Below, one piece after another: positions 27,175 through 36,514 of a DNA stretch of 64,000 bases. A program made the position numbers and the translations under genes. Under the pieces are notes generated by a model. It was not told the DNA's origin, did not search any database, and was given only the letters and a program-made list of their open reading frames with translations. Positions within the stretch are counted from its first letter, which is position 1; each line of letters starts with the position of its first letter. This stretch comes from a virus, in the IMG/VR virus record IMGVR_UViG_3300034683_000117, positions 13,065 to 77,064 of that record. The stretch is one strand, 5' to 3'.

Positions 27175-27525
27175 TTATTGTCTAGTGATCTTTAAAATCA
27201 GTCCTGCAGCTTGATATAACGCCCTTGCCTGAACGTCAAGCCATATCTCATGATTATTCGGCTGCAAATCTCCACCATGTTTGCGCTTTAACTCTGATGG
27301 TGAGCATAGCCTCTCGGCTATATCACAATCATAAATTAAAGCATTGCCACTTTCTGAATACTCGTGCCAACTTTTGGCACCATTTAATAACTGTTGTTTA
27401 TCTTGAATATCTTGATCATCATTAAAATAACTCAAGATATCCATCGCATATAGCTTAACACCTTTTTGCCATGCACTGTTTGCCTTTACGCCATTTATAG
27501 CTTCCCTTAATTCTTTTACTTTCAT
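27175..27525 (-). CDS. Conserved phage protein of unknown function
   Basis: SAW.KGV..YA..LLNGA..W..YS..LIYD.DIAERLC.PSEL..PN..E.WLDVQARAL. Confidence 0.7.
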   Translation of the reverse strand: MKVKELREAINGVKANSAWQKGVKLYAMDILSYFNDDQDIQDKQQLLNGAKSWHEYSESGNALIYDCDIAERLCSPSELKRKHGGDLQPNNHEIWLDVQARALYQAAGLILKITRQ

Positions 27526-27532
27526 CTTTTTA

Positions 27533-27596
27533 TCCTCCAATTTTATTATTTTATTTTATATAATATATAGTATTTAACAATGTATTTTTAAACCTT
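27533..27596 (-). repeat. 64-bp exact repeat, second copy (class-1 promoter plus RBS)
   Basis: Direct comparison with 26638-26701. Confidence 0.9.
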
Positions 27597-27941
27597 ATAT
27601 TTGTATAGTGTTAATGCTATATCGTTATTGATCCAGTCAATTAACAATACGTATTCGTCGCCTAACAGATTATTAAATTGGCTATTGAAGTAATTGTTTA
27701 TTTCATCAATTGCTTTATCGACAAGCAATATTTGCTCGTCAAAGTCATGAGGCACTTTATAACCTAACCATGTTAAAAATTCATTGCAGGCATCTTGTCC
27801 TGCTTGACTGGATACTATTGTCTCAATTATATACGTGTTGTCGTATAAGTAACCGTCAGCTTCTAGTTCTTTTTTGGCTTTCTCTATTGCTTGAACCATA
27901 TTATCCTTGTTTATCAGTTTATCTATTGCTATTCTATCCAT
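27588..27941 (-). CDS. Acidic early protein
   Basis: GGAGG RBS, class-1 promoter upstream. Confidence 0.65.
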   Translation of the reverse strand: MDRIAIDKLINKDNMVQAIEKAKKELEADGYLYDNTYIIETIVSSQAGQDACNEFLTWLGYKVPHDFDEQILLVDKAIDEINNYFNSQFNNLLGDEYVLLIDWINNDIALTLYKYKV

Positions 27942-27981
27942 TTTAATTCCTCCAATAAAATTTATTTTTTATGTATCTATA

Positions 27982-28013
27982 ATATAGAGTATTTAACTAG
28001 CTTATTTTAAACC
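27982..28013 (-). promoter_or_regulatory. Class-1 phage promoter motif
   Basis: GGTTTA-N21-TATAT. Confidence 0.7.
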
Positions 28014-28025
28014 TTACGCAAAAAA

Positions 28026-28063
28026 TTTTTATATGAATATATAAGTATATATTCATATAAAAA
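28026..28063. repeat. Inverted repeat, 18-bp perfect arms, 2-nt spacer
   Basis: TTTTTATATGAATATATA-AG-TATATATTCATATAAAAA. Confidence 0.9.
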
Positions 28064-28067
28064 ACAT

Positions 28068-28095
28068 AAAAAAATAGCTGCTATATAGCAGCTAT
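28068..28095 (-). terminator. Terminator of sigma gene
   Basis: 22-bp palindrome ATAGCTGCTATATAGCAGCTAT followed by a T run on minus. Confidence 0.75.
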
Positions 28096-28107
28096 GTAAT
28101 AAAAACA

Positions 28108-28653
28108 TTATTTTATTGAGTAGCCAGCTTCATTAAGTGCCTTTTTTATGAGTTTGAATTTTTTGGAAATAGCCATAACCGATACACCTTGCAGTTTGGC
28201 TATTTCTGTCATGCTTAAACCAGCCAGCTTAAGTTTGATTATATCGTGATACTTTTTTGGAATTGTATCCCAAGCTTCATAATCGCTATCAAACTGACTA
28301 CTAACAGCCAGTATATCACGTGTAGCAACTAGATCGTCGCTTTCTGATTCACGCTCACGCGTGATATAGTCTAGCGACTCATGCATGATATTATATTTAT
28401 ACTGATGTTTCATAGCATTATAAGCGCAAGTCGCTAGATATGTAAGGCCGGGTATAAATGCGTGTTTTTTGTCGTTAGTCACAAACTTGATCATAATGTT
28501 ATCAACTATATCTATAGCTTCATCAAAAGTTAAACGACAAACTTTACTGATATACTTAATAGCCAACCGATATTGCTCCTCATTATATAAATCGATCGCT
28601 CCTTTCGCAGCTTGTACATATTGATACTGTTTGTTGTTATCCATTTTTTGCAT
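28108..28653 (-). CDS. ECF-like sigma-70 family factor
   Basis: Region 2-like DEAIDIV..TYLATCAYNAM; region 4 HTH IPKKYHDIIKL..GLSMTEIAKLQGVS..AISK. Confidence 0.75.
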   Translation of the reverse strand: MQKMDNNKQYQYVQAAKGAIDLYNEEQYRLAIKYISKVCRLTFDEAIDIVDNIMIKFVTNDKKHAFIPGLTYLATCAYNAMKHQYKYNIMHESLDYITRERESESDDLVATRDILAVSSQFDSDYEAWDTIPKKYHDIIKLKLAGLSMTEIAKLQGVSVMAISKKFKLIKKALNEAGYSIK

Positions 28654-28684
28654 CCTCCATTTTTTATATTTATTTTATGCTTCT

Positions 28685-28713
28685 ATTATAATGCTTGATT
28701 GTTTGATTTGCAA
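28685..28713 (-). promoter_or_regulatory. sigmaA promoter of sigma gene
   Basis: TTGCAA-17-TATAAT. Confidence 0.7.
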
Positions 28714-30748
28714 TGCGAACATATACGAACAAATTGTAAACTTTTTATTAAGGCAATTTTTACCAATAGCTAGTAATACCAGTGTTTCGATAACAATTAT
28801 TAACAATTAATACATATCATGTATAATTACATTTATATATATTTATGTTATATGTTTACAGTGAATATGTTACATAATTAACATTATATATGTTAAATAG
28901 GTTACAAATGGAAAATGTCAAATAATAACAAGTGGCTATAAGAGGCATTTTTAAGCGTTAGAATTGATTTTTTAAGGCAAGGTAAAATCATACGAGCACT
29001 ATTCAAAAAATCGATTATAGCAAACGGTAGGATTGTAAAAGATGTAAAATGTTAGGTGAAATGCTAACATATATATGCAATACTAACATATAGTGTTAGT
29101 ATTTTTACAGTTTGTGTTATACATATATTAACATGTATGCATATGCTATTATTACATATTATATACATTAATATGTAATATGTGGTAATTACATAAGCAT
29201 AACGATCACAATATCAAGTTATATATTATTATTTTAGTATGAATTATATTATATATAGTATAGTGCTTTAGTTATATTTATTTATGTTATAGTATATCAA
29301 TTTACTATGAATTTATCAACCGATTGTTAACCATTGTTAAAAATTGGATTGACAATTGCCTTAAGGCCAGAATGCTGTAATCATTATCCAATTATGTTAT
29401 ATAGATTATTAATTGTAAAATATTAGTAATAAGCAGGCTACTACCCAGAATCGGATACTCATTATACATTTTTTACATTATTGTAATTGATTGACAATGG
29501 ATATAAATGTTAATAATATCCTTTTTTTTGCTATTGTGTAATATACAAATATTGTATATAAATATATGTTGATATGAATATATGAATATATGAATATGTG
29601 TTGAAGTATGAATATATTGTATATATAGATATTAACATATGAATATATGAAACTATGAATATGATATTGTTAAATGAGTTAACAAAGTCTTGTTAAAATT
29701 GACAATTCTTGCTATTTCCTTTTATTTATTTTTATTTACGATTTTTTACGATTATTTATTTTTTTGATTGTTTCCATTTCCTTCCATTACTTGCGTCATA
29801 ACATATATTATAACGTATGTTTATATTATCCAGTATATACCCACTACAGGTATATAGTTAGAAGTGGCTTGAAATAGCGGTTTGTATCCCATATACGGGG
29901 GGGATATTTTACTGTTAGCAGTTGTAAAAAATGGAAATCAGAGGCGCTACCTCTTTTCCTCCCCCTCTCACCTCAATTTTTCACCCCCGTTTTTGCACAA
30001 TTTTATTTTTACGGTTTTACTGATTTACTGCTTATATTTTGGCCTAACAGCATAACAACTCGCATCTCTGCGGTTTGAACCATATCAAATCTCGCTCTGC
30101 CTCGTTTTTGCTATGCTATCTGTATATTTTCCCCGTAATATTTACGTTAGCTTATTGTATTATCCCCGCATTTTTTATCACCAAATTTTATAATTAATAC
30201 TAAAAAATAGAATTAATAATTAAATAAATACTAATTATTTGATTAAAAATTGAATTAAATTTCAATTAATTTGCCCTGTTTTTGTTCAAAAATCATTGAT
30301 TTTCGATTAAATTTGGCCTATTTTTAATAAATTTTGACTTATTTTGAATTAAATCCATATTTTATATAAAAAATATAATTTATTCTATTTTTGGGTCTAT
30401 TTTTTATTATTTTAATCATCTCCGTAGCCAATAAATATAAAAAATAATTATATCCGTTAATGCTGATACCATATCGTTGCCCCCGACTATGTTCGCACAA
30501 ACTTTCATACGTGAGTTTTGATGTACTCTCCATTGTGGGTCCACGATGAATGCATTTATTACTGGCGGGTTTTATTGCTCCATATCTTCGTCTTTAGCTT
30601 CATTGTCGCCGCAGCGACCTAAAACTAATTTATACTAAACTAATATGTTATTATATATTTAACATACTAATCATTTGTATAATATATACAAAATAATATA
30701 AGTTTTATTGATATTTATTTGTGCAATATGGAGAATTTTTAATAAGGG

Positions 30749-30793
30749 GGTTGTAATAGCGTCGTTTTGCGGTCATATATTATGTAAGGGTAT
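30749..30793 (+). promoter_or_regulatory. Class-2 motif (GGTTGT-N21-TATAT), copy 1
   Basis: GGTTGTAATAGCGTCGTTTTGCGGTCATATAT, similar to 35208. Confidence 0.55.
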
Positions 30794-31304
30794 CGATAGA
30801 AAGACACTAAGAATAATAAATATATATAATATATATAATAAATAATATTAGTACTGGTGGGGGCGCTACGCCGCCTCCCCACACCCCCCGGCGCATTCGT
30901 TCGCTAACGCTCACGAATGATAACCAATTAATAAATCCTAATCCTTCGAAACTAAGAAATATGTGTTAATAAATAATCAGATACGAATAATCAGAACTAA
31001 TCCAAACCAAGAGTGAATCAATAATAATATAATAAATATATATAATAATATATATAATATATATAGTATTAGTATCTCAATCTCCTAAGTAAATAAGTGG
31101 CAACTGATACGGTCCAGCTCCTAAGTAAGAGAGTGCGTTGGTAAAATTTATATTTTTTTAATTGTTAAATTTTGTATTAAAAATTGTTCTTGACAACTCA
31201 AAAATATATAATATAATGGTATTATAATATGTATATATAAGATATAAGAGGCAAAGTCGAACGAAATGTCAGTTTTGCTTGATTTAATGCGTGTTTGCGG
31301 ATTT

Positions 31305-31356
31305 GACTATAGTGCCAAATTTGGCACATTACCCTGTCACTTTTGGCACTATAGTC
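31305..31356. promoter_or_regulatory. Nested inverted repeats (operator or iteron-like) upstream of RepL-like gene
   Basis: GACTATAGTGCCAAA..TTTGGCACTATAGTC, internal palindrome GTGCCAAATTTGGCAC. Confidence 0.65.
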
Positions 31357-31383
31357 CCCCTGTGATATTAAAAATAAAGGAGA

Positions 31384-31992
31384 TTGGGTATGAAACGTAT
31401 AGTTATTATGGAGTTAGAGACTACAGCAAGTAATATTGAGTGGCTACAGCAACATGCTTTATCTGTTGTGGATAAGGACACAGGCGAAATAATTCATGGT
31501 CGTATTGTGCAAGATATTACTGATGATGTCGACAAAAGAGCTATATTAAAGATGACTAATAAGGTTCGTGATATATTTATGAAATTATATGTTAAAAATA
31601 ATTTATGTGACATAGTGTTGTCACATATGCTGTCATTACAAGAAATGGGACTATTATATGCACTGATGCTATTGACAGGATGGCAAAATAATTATGTTAT
31701 ACATCCACATACCAAGCAATATATGAGCTGTGCTGATTTAACGGATATTACCAATATACCACATCGTACTTTGATAAGATATTTAAACAGTTTGTCTGAT
31801 AAAGGGTTGATTGCGGTTGTTAATGAGCCAGGCAAAGGCCATATTAACCACTATATTGTTAATACCAATTTATCGCTTAAAGGTTATACCCTGTCTGATT
31901 CGTCGCAGCAAGATATATTTAATAATAAAGATTGGCTATACCAGCCGTCTACTCAAATAAAATATCGTCATTTTCTTAAAAATAGTACTTGA
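31384..31992 (+). CDS. Winged-HTH protein, RepL-like
   Basis: FMKLY; MSCADLTDITNIPHRTLIRYLNSLSDKGLI; YIVNTNL..KG. Confidence 0.6.
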   Translation: MGMKRIVIMELETTASNIEWLQQHALSVVDKDTGEIIHGRIVQDITDDVDKRAILKMTNKVRDIFMKLYVKNNLCDIVLSHMLSLQEMGLLYALMLLTGWQNNYVIHPHTKQYMSCADLTDITNIPHRTLIRYLNSLSDKGLIAVVNEPGKGHINHYIVNTNLSLKGYTLSDSSQQDIFNNKDWLYQPSTQIKYRHFLKNST

Positions 31993-32017
31993 CAATCAGA
32001 CCATCGTATGATATAAT
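31989..32017 (+). promoter_or_regulatory. sigmaA promoter, copy 4 of repeated unit
   Basis: TTGACA-ATCAGACCATCGTATGA-TATAAT. Confidence 0.85.
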
Positions 32018-32061
32018 TATAGTATAGGGGGTAGATAATATTTTAGAAAGAAGGTTTTGAT

Positions 32062-32229
32062 ATGTTTCAAATATGCCCTATCAAGGCTAATAGCAAGGAT
32101 ACATTTTGTGTGCGCAAGGGCTGCGCTTGGTGGGCTGATGGTATGTGCGCCATTACAGCTATCGCAATATCACAACAAAATAAGGTTAAAACACTTGATT
32201 TCAGTGTCAATGGCACTCAAAAGAAGTAA
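32062..32229 (+). CDS. 55-aa Cys-rich protein (not in track)
   Basis: MFQICP..C.RKGCAWW..MCAI. Confidence 0.6.
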   Translation: MFQICPIKANSKDTFCVRKGCAWWADGMCAITAIAISQQNKVKTLDFSVNGTQKK

Positions 32230-32293
32230 ATCGCATCAGACAATGCGACTATCTAATATAACAATATTATCATATTAGAAAGAGGTTTTTATT

Positions 32294-32524
32294 ATGTATA
32301 TGACTATAATAGCTAATGACCAAAAGAATAGGCCGCAGGCGTGGATTATTGAAGAACATGTTCACAATTCGTATCGTGTGCGTCATGATTTTGTGATTAC
32401 ACACATTTCCGAATCTCACACATATGTGCAAGATAATCAATTGTATTGTACTGATAACGTATATTTGCCTTTTAATTGTATGTTACCAGTCAGCGAAGAT
32501 GAATTAACCTATCTTTTATCATAA
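32294..32524 (+). CDS. Hypothetical protein
   Basis: GAGG RBS. Confidence 0.55.
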   Translation: MYMTIIANDQKNRPQAWIIEEHVHNSYRVRHDFVITHISESHTYVQDNQLYCTDNVYLPFNCMLPVSEDELTYLLS

Positions 32525-32542
32525 GAAAAAGGAGCGGTAAAA

Positions 32543-33237
32543 TTGCAGCAGGAAAATAAATCTAATATCGAAATGACAGCATCTGACTTATCTAAACAGG
32601 TGTACAGCATGTTGGACTATAGCCTCAAAACATCCGACGAGCGTAAGGCTGTAGTACAAAAAATTCAAGACGAATACGGACTAGAGATAGAATCAAGATA
32701 TGAATATTATGCGGGTTCTAATCTCAATAAATACGACAATTACCAGCAGTATCAGGCTATTACGCGACTGATGGAAGCTATGGCTGATTATGTGTTAATG
32801 TCCGATGATGTAAAAAAAAACAAGACGTGGACTTCTACACGGAGAAACAAATGAACCGCAAGGTAAGCAGAGTTAAAACTGTGCAGCTAGATGATTATGC
32901 AGTACAAAAACGGCAATTTGACGATTATGTGGAAATGGTTGCCGCACTGGATGTTGATATGTCTAATAAACAACATGTTAAAGGTGTTGTGAAAACTTAT
33001 ATTGAGGATAAAAACAGCGTAGCTCTCGAGGACGTGGTAATGGAATTTTGGGATACTGTAAACAGTATCAATTTAACACTCCTAGAGCGGCAAGTCCTTG
33101 ATTTGTACCACAGACAAGAAATGTCGCAACAGGATATCGCTAAAGAGCTAAATATATCACAACAGCGAGTTAGTTTTATCATAAGAAGGATTATTAAAAA
33201 GGTTGTAAGATATAGTAAAAATCAGGGAGTAAAATAA
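32543..33237 (+). CDS. Sigma-70 region 4-type regulator split into two ORFs at an A9 run
   Basis: LDYSL.T..ER N-terminus; C-terminal LTLLERQVL.L..MSQQDIAKELNISQQRVS; -1 shift at 32812-32821 joins them. Confidence 0.65.
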
Positions 33238-33242
33238 TTGCG

Positions 33243-33433
33243 ATGGATGGGTTAATATCAATTAATTTTGACAGGCAGACGATTAGTGCTAGAGAGTTAT
33301 GGGAAAGGTTAGATAGGCCATATACGAAATTCACGATGTGGTTTAATGCCTATAAAATTATGGTTTTATAGAGGATCAAGATTATCGCAGGGTGTCAGTA
33401 AAAACTTACACCCCAGCAGGCGAACATAATTAA
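33243..33433 (+). pseudogene. AntA/AntB antirepressor remnant (frameshifted, truncated)
   Basis: ISARELWERL..TKFTMWF then, in a shifted frame, YGFIEDQDY. Confidence 0.7.
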
Positions 33434-33458
33434 TAATTCAAATAAGGAGTATGATAAT

Positions 33459-34496
33459 ATGGCGTATAGAATTTTTCTTGACCCAGGTCATGGTGGCTCA
33501 GATAGGACTAACAAAGGTCCGACCGGATATGTAGAGGCTGATGGTGTATTAGACATAGCGTTACGTCTACGTTCTGAATTGCAAGACTTAGGCTTTGTGG
33601 TAGGTATGAGTCGAGACAAAGATGTCAGCGTAAGCTTATCGCAACGTGGCAAAATGGCAGGACAATTTAAGGCAGATTTATTTTTGTCCATACATTCTAA
33701 CGCTGGTCCGGCTGCTGCGTCTGGTACAGAAGTATACTATTCGGTGGATTTACCGCAAACCAAGGCAATTGCCGCCAAAATGTCAAAAGCAGTAGCAGAT
33801 GTTTTAGGTATTCCAGATAGAGGGGCAAGAGTTAGAGAATCGCAGAATTACAAAGGCGAAGATTATTATACGGTAATTGATGCCGCACAGGACGCTGGGG
33901 TGCCACGTGTGTTTTTGATTGAAGTTGCATTCCACAGCAATCCTAAAGAAGAAGCATTGTTGAAACAGCCTAATATCAGAGAAAAAGTTGCTGATGTATT
34001 AGCCAATGTTATTGCAGATGCATTTGGCATTAAAAAAGCAGATGCGAACATACCTATAGTGCCGATAAACAATAGGCGTGGTATAGTGAATGTTAACGGT
34101 AATTTAAATGTGCGCAATGGTCCAGGTGAGCAGTATGCAGTAATTGGAAAATTGCAAAATAATGATGCGGTTACCGTTACAGGTGAATCTGTTGGTTGGT
34201 ACAGGATTAATTACAATAATGGTGTAGGTTATGTTAGTAGTAGATATGTAGTATTAGACAATTCAAGTAATAATTCAAATCAGAAAGAAGAGGATGATGT
34301 AGTGGATACGATAATAGTTTATTATGGTGACATTGATGCGTTAGCGGCTATAGTATTAGGCCAAAAATACAAAGCCCCTGTAATGCGTAAGTCTGATTTT
34401 GATGCCAGTGGTATCAAGGCTAAAAAGGTTATACAAGTAGGTGGAGGTGAAGGTGATAGGTTTGACACGTTCAAACGAGCCGCACAATTGCTCTAA
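33459..34496 (+). CDS. Endolysin: Amidase_3 plus SH3b
   Basis: LDPGHGG, E, SIHSNA, LIEVAF; LNVRNGPG..GWY.I..GYVS. Confidence 0.95.
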   Translation: MAYRIFLDPGHGGSDRTNKGPTGYVEADGVLDIALRLRSELQDLGFVVGMSRDKDVSVSLSQRGKMAGQFKADLFLSIHSNAGPAAASGTEVYYSVDLPQTKAIAAKMSKAVADVLGIPDRGARVRESQNYKGEDYYTVIDAAQDAGVPRVFLIEVAFHSNPKEEALLKQPNIREKVADVLANVIADAFGIKKADANIPIVPINNRRGIVNVNGNLNVRNGPGEQYAVIGKLQNNDAVTVTGESVGWYRINYNNGVGYVSSRYVVLDNSSNNSNQKEEDDVVDTIIVYYGDIDALAAIVLGQKYKAPVMRKSDFDASGIKAKKVIQVGGGEGDRFDTFKRAAQLL

Positions 34497-34737
34497 TAAG
34501 AGTACACGTTTTTCTAAAAAGATAGTAACATTAGTTGTTGTGCTTAATATTGTATTTACTTTATTATTTTTGTTGGCTTTCGTTAAAACTGGCGACGAAC
34601 CTGTATCTCTAATCGCTGCATGGTTTGGTTTCAGTACGGGAGAACTATGGATGTTGTCAGGTATTAAGAAGACAGAGTTGACTAGTACAAATAACCAAAA
34701 TTCAGCTTCAGAAAATCAAGAAACAATCAATATTTAA
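34441..34737 (+). CDS. Two-TM lysis-module membrane protein
   Basis: Two hydrophobic helices; start uncertain, overlaps endolysin end. Confidence 0.6.
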   Translation: MEVKVIGLTRSNEPHNCSNKSTRFSKKIVTLVVVLNIVFTLLFLLAFVKTGDEPVSLIAAWFGFSTGELWMLSGIKKTELTSTNNQNSASENQETINI

Positions 34738-34755
34738 TTTTGGAGGTTAAATTAT

Positions 34756-35178
34756 ATGTCAGAGGTAATTAACGAAGCGTTGGTAAATATATTAATAGCC
34801 CTTATATCATTGGGTGCTGCCTACGCGGTATATTATATAAACACGTTGGCACATAAAGTCAGTGAAGAAGCTAAAGATATAGGTAATAGTAATGTGCGTA
34901 AAATAATAGACGATGCAATATACAGAGTATCGGAATTAGCAAAAGAGACTGTTACTAAATTTGAACAAACCATAGCTGCTGACTTAAGAGAACAGGTCAA
35001 GGCTGGCAAAGTTGATAGAAATGCGTTGTTGGCAGTTGGTCAAAAGGCTTATGATGAAGTGTATAATCAGCTATCAGATGATGTTAAAAATTTATTGGCT
35101 TTAGAATTTAATGATGTATATGCACTTGTGGTTACGCTAGTTGAGGCTGAAGTGTATAAACTTAAGCGGGGTTTATAA
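34756..35178 (+). CDS. Holin (LL-H-like)
   Basis: N-terminal TM, C-terminal LVEAEV.KLK; lysis context. Confidence 0.7.
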   Translation: MSEVINEALVNILIALISLGAAYAVYYINTLAHKVSEEAKDIGNSNVRKIIDDAIYRVSELAKETVTKFEQTIAADLREQVKAGKVDRNALLAVGQKAYDEVYNQLSDDVKNLLALEFNDVYALVVTLVEAEVYKLKRGL

Positions 35179-35207
35179 GAAAAATTTTGAAATTATTTTT
35201 GTAGATA

Positions 35208-35253
35208 GGTTGTAAAAAAGTCGATTTCCGGTAATATATAGTAGAGGGGGTAT
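35208..35253 (+). promoter_or_regulatory. Class-2 motif, copy 2 (candidate late promoter)
   Basis: GGTTGTAAAAAAGTCGATTTCCGGTAATATAT. Confidence 0.55.
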
Positions 35254-35283
35254 ATAAATTTTTAGATACAAATAATAATTTTT

Positions 35284-36495
35284 ATGATACAAAGGAACTC
35301 ACTCAAAATGATTAAAGCATATAAAGTAATGCTATTACCGAATAATAAACAACAAACCAAGTTATTTGAATGTGCTAGTGTTGCTAGATGGGCGTATAAT
35401 TGGGCACTAGAACAAGAACAAATTAATTACAAAAATGGTGGTAAATTTTTGTATGATAGTGTTTTAAGGAAAAGATTAACTGAGCTTAAGCAAACAGAAG
35501 AATATAAATGGTTAAATAATTATTCAAATAATATCACAAAACAAGCAATAAAAGATGCTTGTAGCGCTTATAAGAATTTTTTTGATGGTCGTGCTGAATT
35601 TCCTAAGTTTAAGTCTAAGAAGAGAAATACGCCAAGTTTTTATCAAGATACAGCTAAAATAATTATTACAGATACCCACGTCAAATTAGAAAAGTTAACA
35701 ACTTCGCAGAAAACTAACAAGTTAACATTTAATTGGGTTAGATTAGCTGAACCAGGGAGAATCCCATGCGGCGAAAATATTAAATATTTTAATCCGCGTA
35801 TAACTTTTGATGGTTTGCACTGGTGGTTATCGGTAGGCGTAGAAGAAGATATACAATATAATGATACCACTTATTCTGAAGGCATCGGTATAGATTTGGG
35901 TGTTAAAGATTTGGCTATAATCAGTACAGGGCGGGGGTTTAAGAATATCAATAAATCTGATAAGGTTAAAAAACTCGAAAAGAAACTTAAGCGGCTGCAA
36001 AGAAAGTTGTCCCAAAAATATGAACTTAATAAAATTCAAACAGACGCAGGTAAATACCATTACAGAAAAACTAACAATATAAAGAAGTTAGAATTCCTCG
36101 TCCGTAAAACCTATAGAAGGCTTAAAAATATAAGATGCGATTATATTCATCAAACAACTACGTCTTTGGTGAGAACCAAGCCAGAGTATGTAGTAATGGA
36201 AAATCTGAATGTTTCTGGTATGCTGCAAAATAGAAAATTATCAAAAGCTATACAAGAACAGAGTTTCCATGAGTTCAAAAGACAGATGGAATATAAATGC
36301 GCGTGGCATGGAATTCCGTTTATACTAGCAGATAGATATTATCCATCAAGCAAAACTTGCAGCAGATGCGGTAATGTAAGGGATAAATTATCATTGTCAG
36401 AAAGAACATTTATATGCCCCGAATGCGGGTATAAGATTGACAGGGATTTAAATGCTAGTATAAATCTTAAAAACTATGGTGAATCAATAGTATAG
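35284..36495 (+). CDS. tnpB: RNA-guided endonuclease TnpB (IS607-like), RuvC triad intact, no tnpA
   Basis: HTH_OrfB N-terminus; GIDLG, VMENL, DRDLNAS; CSRC/CPEC. Confidence 0.95.
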   Translation: MIQRNSLKMIKAYKVMLLPNNKQQTKLFECASVARWAYNWALEQEQINYKNGGKFLYDSVLRKRLTELKQTEEYKWLNNYSNNITKQAIKDACSAYKNFFDGRAEFPKFKSKKRNTPSFYQDTAKIIITDTHVKLEKLTTSQKTNKLTFNWVRLAEPGRIPCGENIKYFNPRITFDGLHWWLSVGVEEDIQYNDTTYSEGIGIDLGVKDLAIISTGRGFKNINKSDKVKKLEKKLKRLQRKLSQKYELNKIQTDAGKYHYRKTNNIKKLEFLVRKTYRRLKNIRCDYIHQTTTSLVRTKPEYVVMENLNVSGMLQNRKLSKAIQEQSFHEFKRQMEYKCAWHGIPFILADRYYPSSKTCSRCGNVRDKLSLSERTFICPECGYKIDRDLNASINLKNYGESIV

Positions 36496-36514
36496 CACAA
36501 AACGCTGCTATTAA

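Larger units (their letters stand above)
28714..31383. other. 2.7-kb AT-rich non-coding region at the strand switch (origin, packaging or terminus candidate)
   Basis: No credible ORF; ATATGA(A/AT) tandem repeats near 29570-29665; GC-rich hairpins 30855-30920. Confidence 0.6.

Noticed and set aside
23466-28030. CRISPR array
   Set aside because: Repeats are separated by whole genes (0.4-1.7 kb), not spacers, and contain RBSs.
28716-28730. Second SOS box upstream of the sigma gene
   Set aside because: CGAAC is repeated directly; the inverted GTTCG half is missing.
30339-30533. 64-aa ORF in the non-coding region
   Set aside because: No convincing RBS; low-complexity AT-driven translation.
32057-32278. 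Track ORF of 73 aa
   Set aside because: The overlapping frame 32062-32229 has an ATG and a coherent Cys/Trp motif.
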